A stretch of 64,000 nucleotides of DNA from Nageia nagi (taxonomy: Eukaryota; Plantae; Pinophyta): the NCBI GenBank assembly GCA_050084985.1, contig JBITNC010000002.1, positions 22,692,001-22,756,000 on the forward strand, given 5' to 3'. How positions within the stretch are numbered: the first letter of the stretch is position 1; each line of letters begins with the position of its first letter. The position numbers and the translations under genes are program-made. Below the pieces are notes generated by a model. That model ran no database searches. It saw only the letters and a program-made list of their open reading frames with translations, and was not told the DNA's origin. Shown piece after piece: positions 13,461 through 27,033 of the stretch.

Positions 13461-15464
13461 TTAAATTATTTATACATATACTTTTTTTATTTAAATATTA
13501 TTTTTTATTTATTTATTTAAATATTTAAATTTAAATATTATTTTTTTATATTATTTTGAATTTAAATATTATTTAAATTATATAAATTTTTTTTACTTAA
13601 AAATATTTATATTTATTTAAATTATATGTTTTTTTATTTTTTAAATTTATTTAATTATATTTATTTTTTTATCCTCATGGAATTTGTTATTCCTTACGTT
13701 AAACTTAACATTTGATGCCATCACAAATTTCATTAGTTAGCACACATAATAAGTAAATAACAAAAGGGCCTGCCCCACACCTATCACTTTCATGTCAAAC
13801 ATTCCAAACATATTCAAAAAACAAGCAAGAAGGGGGTTACTCTACAACATTTTAGCTCATTTTTATAGAGTTTTTCTCAGCAAGGTAAGAAATTTCTAGC
13901 ACATTCAAGCAAATTTTCATTTATTTCTTGTATAAAAAATTGGGCAAACAAACATAAGGTTTCTTAAATCTACATGAAACTAGTAAAAACTCCAAGTTTC
14001 TATTTTGCAAATTTGAAGGATTCTTGAAGAATTTGAAAAAAACCTTAGGGTTTTCACCCAATTTTTTAAGAATTTAGAAAATACCCAATTTTTTATGAAT
14101 TTGAAAAAAACCCTAGGATTTTTATCAAATTTACTAAAAACCCTATAAAAATTGGAAAAAAGTCTTGGGGTTTTTTCCAATTTTGAATTTTTTTACTAAA
14201 GATCCTAAGCAAAACCAAACAAATTTTGAAAATTCATCAGAAGAAAATATATAGAAAAATAAATACATAAAAATTTAGGAAAATTACCTTCTCCAATCTT
14301 GATACTCCTATTGACTTTGTTATCATTTTTTTAAAACATAATTTTAATTATATAATATATATAATATATATATATATATTTGAATCTTCATAACTAACTT
14401 AATTAATAAATTTAATGAAATAACTTTAAAATAAAAAATTTAATATAATTTTAAAACATCTAAATTTTTAACTCTTATATCCAAAAAACTTTAACCATCC
14501 CTTTCTAACCTAAATTTTTTACCCCCCCAAAAAAATTCTTTCAACGTCCAACCTCTAACCTAAATTCTTAAGCCATTGATCGCCCCCAAACCTAATATTT
14601 TAACCCCCCCTATTTAAATAAAAAAATTTAAGTCAATTTTTTTGACCTAAATTTTTACATGTTAATGATTTTAATATATATTCTTTAATGAAAAAGCCTT
14701 TCTATTATATTAAGAAACCTTCTTCACATAAAAAGGATGGGTGGAACACACCCCATATAATACCGCAAACAAGACAAAATTTGTAAAAGGTCTTTATGTT
14801 TATATGGAGTTACCTTAATATAATAATTATGATTAATTTAGAGATGTGAGGGAGTTCATGGGTGATCATGTTGGTGTGGATGGGTCGTTAAATCTAATTC
14901 CAAAATATTAGCTCCCCAAGAGTGATTTCAATAAAAAAAATTATGACTAAGAAACTAATTCTTGTTGTTAATATAATATATTATGATAATGATAAGATAA
15001 AGTAGAAGTAGAAGTTTAAAATTGTAAATAGGAAAACCTCCATATTTTTCTTTTAAATAATATAATTTATCTATTAACTAAATTACACTAGTTTATATAT
15101 CTTAAATATATATCTATAAAATGTTAAGAGGTATAATTCTTAAGGCATCTCTTAACCAACAATTGAGACAGGCCGATTGGTCTCTCATGGATGTTAATAT
15201 ATAGTTTATCTTTACCTTTATACATTTAAAATATTATTAAACAAAAATATAATAAATATTGAAATATTATAAATAAAAATGCAATAAATATTCACAATTA
15301 TTTATAAAAAATATTACATAATAATAATTAAATATGAAATAAAAAATAAATATAACTAGCTTAGATATCTTAGATATATATATATAAAATCTTTGAAACG
15401 TGAGACATTTATCTTGGAATATATAAACTTCATTCATTCAAGAGGCAAATCTTTTCATAATATT

Positions 15465-17050
15465 ACGAATTTGCATTTGATTTTAGATATATTAACAATG
15501 CATATCCTAAAGATGATTTTCCTTTTCCAAATATTGATATGATTGTATATAGTATTATCGATCACGAGAAATTATCCTTCCTAGATTAGGGTTTTCTAAT
15601 TACAATCAAATATTAATTGATCTAGCTAATCTACACAAAATAACCTTTACCACTCTATGGGGTAATTTTTGTTGGAACATAATACCTTTTAGTCTCAAAA
15701 ATAATGGAGCTATTTATCAACTTGCCATGGTGTCCATGTTCCATAATTATATCAACAAATATGTTCAAGCCTATGTTGATGACATATTTTTATACACCTT
15801 AAGGAAGAAAAATTAAATCTTTATAATATACTTACTATTTTTGAGTTCCATAAAATCTAGAGGTCCCCCACCCTTTCTATAACATGGATAACTTCCATTT
15901 GATCCTCTTTTCAAATTCTCTTTTTAATATCTTATTATTTCTCTTTAATCACTTTAATCTCTTATAATAAAATTATAATTTATTTATGTTTTTTACATAA
16001 TTCTACTAAATTTTTTTATTTTCTAGGTAAGTTGTAACACCTTATGTTTCAACATAGTATCTTCATTTAGACCTTGAAGTGGGATTTTTACCCCTAAGAT
16101 AATCTAGACTGTTATTTGCACCATTTTTATTTGTAAAACTTATATTTCTCCCTAATTTTACTATATCATCCATGCTTCTTATATTCCTTATTATCTTTGT
16201 ACCTATATATTCATTTTCTTTGTTAGAACTTATATTATTTATCTTTCTAAATTTATATATGTTCCATTTAGTTACAATAAGCCTTTTCTTTATTCTCATC
16301 TATTTGGGCTTGTAATGTATCTTCTACTTATTTCTCTTCTTCATAACCTTCTTCTTCTGCCTCCTCATCCTTTGATTCATTTGTAATAATATTTTTCATA
16401 ATACTTCTAATCTTATCTTTTTAATTGTGTTCCTCCATTGCATATTAAGTCTTTTCCACTTGGGATACCATTCATTGGGTATTTTAATTTATGAATTCTT
16501 CAGCTATATCCCCAAAAGATTAAAAGGAATTCTTGTATTATGTAACTTCATTTATTACTAACGGTTTCTTTGGTGATCATTTTCACAATAATGCCTCTTA
16601 AAACTTCTTTTTGGGTTGATCTGGTATGTTTGATTAACCTCCTTTTAATAGTTCTTACTTTTTATTTTCTTTTCCAATTTCCTATATTTTGTTTGTGTTG
16701 TTTCTCTTGATGTTGATTTTCAAATCTTCTCCCTATTTATCTTTTTTGTTGTTCTATCCTTTTTTTTTTTCTTATGGTAGTACTGTTTGATAGTATTTGG
16801 TAAGGTATTCATAATTTTGCATACACTAAACACTATTATTTTAAGGTGATATGATATTTTTGTACATGCTCTCCATTTTTATTTTTAATATATATTCTAT
16901 TTTGAGAGGTTTTTATAACATCTATATTTAAAAAAATTAAGCCAGAGTCGTATCTTAAGACACTTGGGTGTTTTGATATAGGTATATAAATAACCCCAAG
17001 GATTTTTCTACACCTATTATATCTTAAGACCACTTGGGTGTTTTGATATA
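15465..17050. mobile_element. Inverted second copy of the gypsy-RT/LINE chimera (RT on plus 15465-15800; LINE fragment on minus 15800-17018)
   Basis: Plus strand: PKDDFPFPNIDMIV...YNQILID...KYVQAYVDD (YVDD at 15772-15783). The reverse complement of 15465-17018 aligns to 7148-8705, at roughly 80-85% identity by eye in the segment compared. Confidence 0.85.
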
Positions 17051-17059
17051 GTAACTTTT

Positions 17060-17930
17060 CTTTTACGTTATTTTCATCTCACAAATATATATATTTTTTT
17101 ATAGATCTTCAAGTTAATAGAAGCTACATAATTATGATATTTAATTTTCTTATAATAAAACCTAAATTAAATGATGTTTTATCAAATTTTATAGTAAAAA
17201 ATCAAACAAAACAAATATCAAGGCATACCATATTGACTCTTCATCTTTTCTTCTTAAATAGAATTGAAAAGCTAATTTTCTTTTTATTTTCATCTCATAA
17301 ATATATTTTTATGAATATTCAAGTTAATCAAAGCTACATAACTATAATGTTTAATCTTTTTTTATTTTAAAACCTAAATCACATAGTGTCTATCAAATTT
17401 TACAATAAAAAATAGAACCTAACAAATATCTTGCTTTATAAAGAGAATTGAAACGCTACTTTCCTTTTACTTTATTTTCATCTACAAATATATTTTAAGA
17501 ATCTTCAAGTTAATAAAAAACTAGATAATTAGTTAAAAAACAACATACACACAAAAGCAAATGGTGTCTATCAAATTTCACAATAAAAAATCAAATCAAA
17601 CAAATGTCAAGGAAATCATGTACTCTTCATCTTTGCTTTATAAAGAAAATTGAAATGCCACTTTTCTTTTACTTTGGTTTCATCTCAAGAATATAGTATT
17701 TATAAATCTTCAAGTTAATAAAAATTACATAACTATAATATTTAATTTTCTTACTGAAAGAAATAATGCCTATCAAATTTTAGAATAGGAAGTCAAACCA
17801 AACAAATATCAAAGCATACAATGTCTGACTTTTCGCCTTTGCTTTATATAAATATCAAGTCATACCAAGACGATTCTTCACCTGTACTTCATATAAATAT
17901 CAAGGGATACCAAGTCTATTCTTCACCTTT
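17060..17930. repeat. Tandem array of four ~190-220 bp units plus a ~40-bp duplication upstream of the dirigent gene
   Basis: Unit ttttcatctc...tcttcaagttaat...tatcaaatttta...caaacaaatatcaa starts at ~17071, 17288, 17476 and 17678. atataaatatcaag..ataccaag...attcttcacct occurs at 17847 and 17891. Confidence 0.85.
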
Positions 17931-18305
17931 GAGGGAGAAGTATCCTTGTTATACCTGTGATGTATTTTGAAGAATTTCACAATTGGAATCATAAGCACAT
18001 TAACATTGGCGTCTTATGGAGAAGCCGTGTCAACACTTCCTACAATACCTTTTAAGTCATTATCATCTCCTTATCCGTTGCCTTAAGAATGGTAGAGATG
18101 CCTTGCGTGTTGACTGGACTCACGTTTTGTAGTGCGAGTATATCTAGATGTATATGAGTAACACATTGGACCAATTCAGGTTTGATGTGAAAAAAAAAAT
18201 GGTAGAAAGGATCCAGTCTTACCATTTATACACTGCATAACATTCTCTAATTTCACAGCCTTCTTAAACCTTATTGTATTCAACCTCTCTTTGTGATTTG
18301 ATGCA

Positions 18306-18815
18306 ATGGCTTCAAAACATTCATTTGCATTATTCCTTGCCCTCGTCATAGCTGTGACATCTCCTTCTTCTGCAAAGGAAGAACACATGGTGTTCTACAT
18401 GCATGATAATGTAGTTACTAACATCACAGCCATAACTGTTGCGGGAGTGAATGGCACGTCGTCAAATCTTTTTGGTTTTGGAACCGTACTTGTTATAGAT
18501 GATGTTTTAACAGAAGGTATCAATCGCTCCTCACCCCTCGTGGGAAGGGCCAAAGGAATATATGAGAACGCAGATGTTAATGGAGGAGCTATTCATATGG
18601 TTTTCACAGTATACTTTCAGAACAAGCTTTATAATGGAAGCAGCCTTGAAATTATGGGCACAGATAACATCTCTAATGGAAAACCTGCTGAGGTGGCTGT
18701 GGTTGGAGGAACCAGAAAATTTAGATACGCTCGTGGGTACGCCAGAGTTGAAACTGTAGCCGCGCAGGGCTTGGATGGTACAATAAAGTTTAATCTCACC
18801 TATCGTCTGCTCTAG
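18306..18815 (+). CDS. DIR: Dirigent protein (secreted, intronless, 169 aa), resembling the conifer DIR-f type
   Basis: Signal peptide MASKHSFALFLALVIAVTSPSSA. Dirigent motifs VFYMHD, FGTVLVIDDVLT, SSPLVGRAKGIY, GSSLEIMG and VAVVGGTRKFRYARGYA are present, with several N-glycosylation sequons. The subfamily call is from recalled similarity only. Confidence 0.92.
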   Translation: MASKHSFALFLALVIAVTSPSSAKEEHMVFYMHDNVVTNITAITVAGVNGTSSNLFGFGTVLVIDDVLTEGINRSSPLVGRAKGIYENADVNGGAIHMVFTVYFQNKLYNGSSLEIMGTDNISNGKPAEVAVVGGTRKFRYARGYARVETVAAQGLDGTIKFNLTYRLL

Positions 18816-19441
18816 ATTATGGGTAATGTTTTTCCATAACATACTCGAGACATATAGTTATTCCGATTTAGAACAAGGCTTATTTCATCTGGCATCAATA
18901 TGTTTGGTATTCAAGCCAGAAAGCCTCATTGTCATTATCTGTATGCATTGAAATAAAAGAAAAAGGAAATCCAATATTTATTGAAAAAAATTGCTGGTTT
19001 TAAGGTGTGGAAGTTAAAGGAGAGCACGGCTTGAATAGTTGTAATAATTGTGTGGAAGATGACATCGGGGCTTTGGCTTGTTGTCCTTCCATCCTTTTCC
19101 TCTTATGAGTTTGGTCATATTTTTTAACTTATGAAAAAAGTTATTTAATTAGTTAAAAGTTTTTATGTATATAATTATATTTTAGGAAAATCATATTAAT
19201 TTTGATTACAAGTTAGGATAACAAAATAGTTTTACTTGTAAATCATAAAGTTGGAGATCACTACATCAAAACAACAAAATGTATTGTATTAGATACATTT
19301 AAGAAGTATCTTGGAAGGACCCTTTGAGAGACACATCACTATCCACCATGCATGGTCATTAATTAGCAAGAATGGATTGCAGATCCTACCCATCATTGTC
19401 ATGATGTGGGATATCATCATTTGCCATTATTACACCCCAAC

Positions 19442-19598
19442 TAATAGTATGCCATGCAAGGGAAGTTGGGTGAGACCATACCGAGTGGGCACAATCATCA
19501 TTAATGTTGAATCCCCCAAGTAATAGTATGCCATGCAAGGGAGGTTGGGCGAGACCATACCTAGTTGGTACAATTATCATTAATGTTGAATCCCCCCA
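19442..19598. repeat. 79-bp tandem duplication
   Basis: taatagtatgccatgcaaggga.gttggg.gagaccatac...cattaatgttgaatccccc starts at 19442 and at 19521. Confidence 0.9.
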
Positions 19599-20277
19599 CC
19601 TCGTAGCATGAGTATCATTATTTCCTAGGTTATCCCACCTGCCACCCCATCGTAGCGCTGGAAGATAGGTGTGGCATGTTTCTCACAAGTTTCCTTAATG
19701 ATCCAGCACCAACATCATTAACTCTTCTTCGGATAGATGGAGACTAAGACCAATGACAGTCACAAGGCTATGAATGACTACGTAATGGGGTGCATCAATA
19801 AGATGGGGGTCTAGAGTGATCCCATGAAACACTATTTGGAGTAACTTGGCTAACAACACACAAAGCATTTCCCTAGTAGCTTGACAGAGAAAGCTTGTGA
19901 TTAACTTCCATTTCCACGTTCTTTTTTTGGTCACATATCTATAGTCATACATTATAGAATACTTTCAATTTAAGAGTAAGAGAAAAGTCCATGGAAGGAT
20001 CTACATGTTTTAAAATAATTTTGTTTCTAGATTTCCAAATATGAAACAACAAGCTAACTCTAAATATATGTCAATCTTCATGCAAGGGTAGCATGAATGT
20101 GAAAGAGTCCCCAAATAAATCATGTTTTCATGAAAAGTGAATTGGTATGTACAGGGAAATAAAGGATGTCATCCACTCTTAGGCCAACGATGCATATTTA
20201 TAAGTCTAGAAAAGGTGGAGGTAGGATTTAGGTTCCTAGCAAAAATGATATCTATGGTCAAGGATATCTAAATGAGT

Positions 20278-21300
20278 TGTTAGAACTTGTAATGCACTAT
20301 TGTAAATATTATTCTTTAGGAAGGTATCTAAAGAATAATATCTCCATTATTTATGTAATTGATTATTCAATCCACTAGATACTTAAAAGTATTTCTAAAT
20401 ACCTTTTAAGTATTTAGTGAATTAAATATTCAAACTTGTCCCACATGTGACTTTTCTTATCCCTTAGATAATGGTGTTCCTCTTGGGTAAATGGGTGACC
20501 CAAAGTATGATTTTTTCTTATAAATCGAGGCCCCTCCTCATGCATTATTCACTCTAGTTTGAAGCATTGTAATGCTCTTAGTGTGAAGAAGGATAGTAGG
20601 AGATAATTTTAGTGTAGAATTGTAAAAGAGTCTTGTATCTTGAGAAGTAATAGAATTTAGATTAAATTGGAATACTCTCTTGATAGAGAGGAACCACTAT
20701 ACTTGCTTGTGTTACTTGTGTGTGTGATTGATTAAGAGCATTCTTGAGTTGTTGCTTAGAAGTAGAGGAGCATTGTAGGAGCTTTCAAGTGGTACTGTAG
20801 CCATCCTTGGAGTCTCTTTTCTACTATTCTTTCAAACTTGAGAGAGGTAAAATCATATTGGGATATAATTTTATCACTTTTTTCTCTCATTTTGAAGACT
20901 AATTTTGCATATTTCTTGCTAATTTTACAAAAAAAAATGTTAAAATTAGCTCCTTTAAGCCATTTTTTTCTTACACAAGCTATTTTTGTTAAATTTAATT
21001 TTAGCATTCTTTTTGCAAATAAGCTTAAATTTCTTGGAAAATAGCTTTTTTTTTTTTTGTAAGAATAGCTTAAGATATTGCTATGCAAATTTATACTAAC
21101 ATCCTTTTATTTGTTAGTTACAATTTTTTTTGTAAAAAGTTACTTTGTTATGCAATCTTTTTATTTTAACATACTTTATGTTAGATAAATTTTGTTAAAA
21201 TCTAACATTTTTTTATAGTTGTAACTTAAAAAAAAAAAAAGAGAGAGAAGATTGTCAGTAGTATAAATTTACAATTTTTAACAATATTATATTTTTTGTA
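20278..21300 (+). mobile_element. Truncated copia relic: 5' LTR (20278-20787), decayed PBS and leader; related to the copia at 26545-34942
   Basis: Starts tgttagaacttgtaatgcactattgtaaatat, versus tgttagaatttgtaatgaaatattgtgaatat in the copia LTR. Shares the tataaat.gagg..cctc and gaggaaccact blocks, ends TTTCA, and is followed by tggtactgtagc (PBS-Met-like, 20790-20801) and a T-rich leader resembling the reverse complement of 34100-34440. Confidence 0.7.
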
Positions 21301-21613
21301 TATAAAAATAAAATTTGCAATTTTTTTTACAAGTTTTTTAGGCTATTATGATTTTTATCAAAAGATAATATTAGTATTTATACATATGTTGAATGACAAA
21401 GATAATACATATGAGTATTTATTTTTCATTCAACATGTGAATACTATGCATGAACAAAATAAGACTAGTCCATTCTAGGAGCATTAGATATGAAAAAATT
21501 TTACTATCATCCTTTGAAGGACATAAAGAGGAGGAGATGTGATATGGATACACTACATGTTGATCATATTATTTGGTATCCTTACATTGAATATCAATGG
21601 GATACAAATGAAT

Positions 21614-22006
21614 TGTTAGGATCTCATATCCTAACATATATTTAGATTATATTAGTCAATTAATTAGATTATCAACTTATATTAAATTGTAAAGTGGATG
21701 GATATGGTTTGTAAGGTGAATCATTTTTTGGTATTAAACAACCTATTAGGGTTAGGGTATGTAGACTATAAATGTGTGTAGGAGAAGAATATACATTGTC
21801 TTGAAAAATATATTATTTTGAGTTGTAAGGAGGTAGCCCCATCAAAGAGGCCCACAATTTATTTTGCTATTAGTAAGTTTCTTTATTACTAGATTGCTAC
21901 TATTATGATTCCTATTGTTATTCTGATATCAATTTTGATCTATGTTAATTCGTATTTCTCCATTATTTGGCTCAAATCCCATGTAAGATCTTATGGTTTC
22001 CTAACA
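21614..22006 (+). repeat. Gypsy 5' LTR (393 bp)
   Basis: tgttaggatctc...cctaaca; diverged direct repeat of 35417-35775. Confidence 0.9.
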
Positions 22007-25000
22007 TTGGTATCAAAGCTTTCTTGATATTTGCACTTATGGCCAAGTTGAAGACTTAGATTTATCCATTCCTAACTGAAATGCTACCAAAAAATTTTCA
22101 AAACTCTATAGTCGCATCAAGTTGAAAACCTAGAAATTATCCATTTTATAGTCAAAATTCTTCCAAAAGTTCTAAAAAAATTGTATTTTGTTTCACCCAT
22201 ATTTTATGACCCTTTTTCAAACCACACCATCTCTTTATCGAGCCATTTTAGCCAATCATTTCCTCATTTTATATCGACCTTCAAACTGCAACCAGCTTCC
22301 ATTTCTAAAAATCCTCTTTTCCTTTTTGGAACCCTAGTTTTCCATACCATAAATAGTAACTACCAAAATGGGTAAAAACTTTTGGGGTTGTTATCTCTCA
22401 AACCATGAGGAATTAGCTAATTTTGAAAAAGCTTGTTTGTTACCATAGGTAATATTTTTGACTAAAAAAGAGTATAAACTTTCAAAAATCATCATTTTGA
22501 GACCTAGTCCACTGTGATTAGTTTTTCATGCTGATCATTTTGATATATAGCATCCATACACTTTTTTTAGTTTCTAAAAATAGTAAGATGGATGACAAGA
22601 GAAGAATCTTGGATCTAGATAAATTGTCTCTAAGAATTAATTATATGGTGAAACGGATTGGTGATATTCACCTCCCAATTTCCCTTGATGAACTCTCGAT
22701 GAACTTTAAAATTCCATAAAAGCTATAATGTTTAGTTATGGTTCATTTAATCAACACCTACAAGCTCTTTAGCAAGCATTAGCTACAAGTGCATCCTCTG
22801 GTTCAAGTGGATCACATGGGTTTCAAAACCATCTCGGGAAAGGCTTTCACATATCTTAAGGACCTTAGCAAAATTTTGTTCTACCATGGATGAACAAGCT
22901 ATATTTTTCAAGTTTTAATGGTGATGATCCCATTAGTTGGATGTATCTATAAGAAGAATATTTATCCTTAAATCAAATCCATGATGCATAGAAGGTCAAC
23001 CTTGCCTCCTTCCATCTTGATCATGAAGTTGTCTAATGGTACTAGTGGTTCGACAAGGCTAATGGCAACCATTCTTGGGGAGATTTCACAAAAAAAAATC
23101 CTTGTTAGATTTGGTTCAAGTGATTTTGAAGATTTCATAGATGCATTGACTAAAATTTGCCAAACAACCATGATAAGAGAATATCAAACCCAATTTGAGA
23201 AGCTTGCAAATCGTACCATAGGACTAGATGAAGCTTTTTTTTAAATTTATTTCATTAGTGGGTTGAAGGAAGAAATTCAAGTGGAAGTTAAAATGTTCAA
23301 TCATGGTAAAATCACAATGGTTATCGGGCTTATCAAATTAGTAGAAGATAATTTCAATGCTCAATGCAAATAGGCCAACAACCATTTTGGTAATCCAAGA
23401 TTCTCGAGGGGCACCAAAACCAAATCATTCCTTGTTGATAAAGCATATGAATATCTAAAATATGGATGAGCATAAGAAAAGGGGCTATGTTATAATTACA
23501 ATGATAAATTTGGACCATGTCATCACTACACAACTCCAAAATTATATGTTTAGGATGCATATTTCCTCGTCAAATCTTCAAAGGAAGCCTTTGAAGATAC
23601 AGTGGTAGATATTGTGGAGGAACCAAAGAAAACTTATGATGTTATCCTTGAAATTTCTTGTAATGCCCTATTAGGATTTTGGTCACCAAAAATAATGAAA
23701 TGTCGTGGACACTTTTAAGAAATAAAATATGATAGTATTGATTGACTCAAGGAGCACTGATAATTTTATTAGTCTTGTAGTGGCTAGGAATGCCAACTCT
23801 TATATCTACCTACAGAATAATTTTGAAGTGATGATTAGGAATGGAGGTAAAATTACTTATAAGGGATGATGTTGTAATGTCAGGTTTAGTAGGGGTGACT
23901 ACCAAATGAACGGTGATATGTATGTTCTACCATTAGGGGTTTGCGATGTGGTCCTTGGTGTGTAGTGGATGATGATAGTTATACCTATCCTTTAATATTT
24001 TCTTAAGCTTTGGATGTAATTCAAGGTTGGGGGATACAAATATACTCTTAAGGGACTCAAATCAGGGTCATCACAAATCATTAGTTCACACCACATGAAG
24101 AAACTGCTTAAGAAGGGAAGCAAGGGAATGGTTTCATAATTATTCTCAATTTAGTCGATCATGGAAGAACTTAGAGAATTACAAGAACTACAATAGCTAC
24201 TAGCCCATAATATCAATATTTTTGAGGAATTACGTGGGTTTCCCCCATATCATCCTTACAATCATGCTATACAGATGATCCCAGGGAGTCAACCACCCAA
24301 CATTCAACCTTACCACTACCCATGCTTACAAAAGGATGAAATAAATAAGCTCATCCACAATATGTTGGAAGCAAGTATCATTCACCCCTATGTGAGTCCT
24401 TACTCTTCTATTGTTTTGTCAGTTCGCAAGAAGGATGGTTCATGGTGCATGTGCATTGATTGACTTTCAAGCCTTGAACAAAATCATGATAAAGGATAAG
24501 TTTCCCATTCTTATCATTGATAAATTGTTGAATGAATTACATGGTGCTAAATATTTCTGTAAATTGGACCTTTGATCTAGCTACCATCAAATCAAGCATT
24601 GTGAAGAAGATATCCCTAAAACTACCTTCCACATACATGAAGGCCACTATGAGTTTTTTATGATACCATTTGGCCTTACTAATACTCCTTCCACCTTCTA
24701 GAGTCTAGTGAACCAAGTATTTCACCCTTACCTTCAAAAATCTATTTTAATTTTCTTTCATGATATTTTAATCTATAGCAAGACTTGGGAGGATCACTTG
24801 TATCATTTAGATCAGACCTTGCAAATTCTCTAAGATCACCAATTGTATGTCATATACTCCAAATTTTCTCAAGTACCTTCGGCATATTATTTCTATAGTG
24901 GGTGTGAAGATGGATCCTCTAAAGATTGAAGATATGCAAAATTGGCCTTTTCCCAAATCTTTGAAGAGCTTAGTGGCTTCCTAGGATTTATAGGGTACTA

Positions 25001-26544
25001 TCATAATTTCGTAAAAGATTATGGAAAGATTGCAAACCCAACATCGTCTTTCTCAAGAAGAATGCTTTCAATTTTTTGCCAATTATAGAGGAATATTTTC
25101 ATATACTAAAGGTTATCATGTGTTTTACTCCAATCTTGGACATGATTGATTTCTTCAAAATATTTTACATTGAAAGTAATGCCTCTAGCATAGGAATTGG
25201 AATAGTGTTGATGCAAGAAGGATGATCAATCCTTGGCTTTCACAAGCAAGGCTCTCTCAGGTAAAAATTTGGGTAGAAATCCACCTATGAAAAGGAAATA
25301 CTTGTTCTTATTTATGTAGTTCAACATTGGAGACCCTATCTCATTGGTCAAAATTTTCTCATCGAAACAAACCACCATGGTTTGAAATATTTATTGGAAC
25401 AACGCATCACCACTCATGAACAAGAAAAGCAGATCCCAAACCTTTTGGGATATGATTATGAGATTGTGTATTGAAATGGTAGTGAAAATGTAGTTACATA
25501 TGCCCTCTCTTGTACATTTGAGGAGTTAGTGGCACATCAAGACATCTCCTTTCTACTCCCTCAATGGTTTGACCAGGTTAAACAAGAATGGCTTCATGAA
25601 AGCTTTACTCAAATAGTGATTCAACACTTGCATATTGATCCTACTATAAAGCCCCATTTCTATTTGCATGATGTGATTCTTCAATTCAAAGGTCATATTG
25701 CACTAACTGCAAACTCTTCATGTCATGAATTGGTAGGAGTTGTACATCACATCAACAATCAACCATTTTGGGTTTTTAAAAATATACAAGTGGGTGATTT
25801 GATATTCTATTGGCCAGGTATGAAATAGAAAATCAAGAAGTTTATTTTTGAATGTGATGTTTGTCAACAACACAAAGGTGAGACAATAGGTACCCTAGGT
25901 TTACTTCAGCCTTTACCCATACCGAAGAGAACCTAGACCAATATTTCAATGGATTTTATTAAAGGCCTTTCAAAATCTTACAAGAAATCTATTATCATGG
26001 TGGTAATGGATATGATGTCCAAATATGCACATGTTTTCCCTTTGGCTCACCCCTACAAGGTTGTCAATGTAGTGCAACCTTTTTTGGATAACATTTTCAA
26101 ACTCTATGGTTTGCCTTCTACAATTGTTACTGATCATGATTTGGCATTTACCAGTAAATTCTAGTAGGAATTCTTCAATATCCAGGGTACTCATCTTAAT
26201 ATAAGCTCAGCTTATCACCCTCAGATAGACGACCAAATAGAGATTGTTAATAAATGTTTGGATACATGCCTCTATTGTTTTGCTTCATCCTAACCAATCC
26301 ATTAGGTTAAATGGCTTCCCTTAGCAAAATGATTGTACAATACATCATATCATACTTCCATCAGGATGACCCCATATAAAGCCTTGAATGGCCAAGCCCC
26401 ACCCACTATGACCTCCTATATTCTTGGTAGCACTAATGTCCAAGCAATGGACACCACTTTAACCAATCGAGGAGACATCCTCTACATCCTTCAAGAGAAT
26501 CTACAAGTGGCTCAACATTGTATGAAATAACAAGCTGATCAACA

Positions 26545-27033
26545 TGATGGAATTAGTTCTACACTAATCCTCAAGGTCCAAGACTATAGGAAACTTAATC
26601 ATTCAACATCTACAAGCTAATAACACAATTCACACAAGATAACACCAATATAAGTGGTTCCTCCCTCCTTGGGAGTACATCCACAACTAGATCTCAATTC
26701 TCAAACTATGCACCCTCTTACTACAATTCCTTTATCTCGTACACAAACTAGTAGAGTAATCTTACTCAAAATCTAAGTGATGTTACAAGAGGAGAGGCCC
26801 TCTATTTATAGCATGAGAGCACCTCCCTAACCTCCCTTTAACCCAAGGGTAAGGTTAGGGTTACAATAAATATATTACCTAACTTTAACCTACCAACTAA
26901 CCACATGGTAAGGTCAAAGTTTACATAATAAAGAATTCAATTAATCCCTTAAGGTATCTAAATATCCTTTAAGTGATTAATTGAATTTACAAGGAGTTTA
27001 GATATTCACAATATTTCATTACAAATTCTAACA
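26545..27033 (-). repeat. Copia 3' LTR (489 bp)
   Basis: TG...CA ends; 8 substitutions versus 34454-34942 by manual alignment. Confidence 0.95.

Noticed and set aside
20278-20838. Solo LTR
   Set aside because: Followed by a PBS-like sequence and leader, with no convincing TSD; treated as a truncated 5' end.
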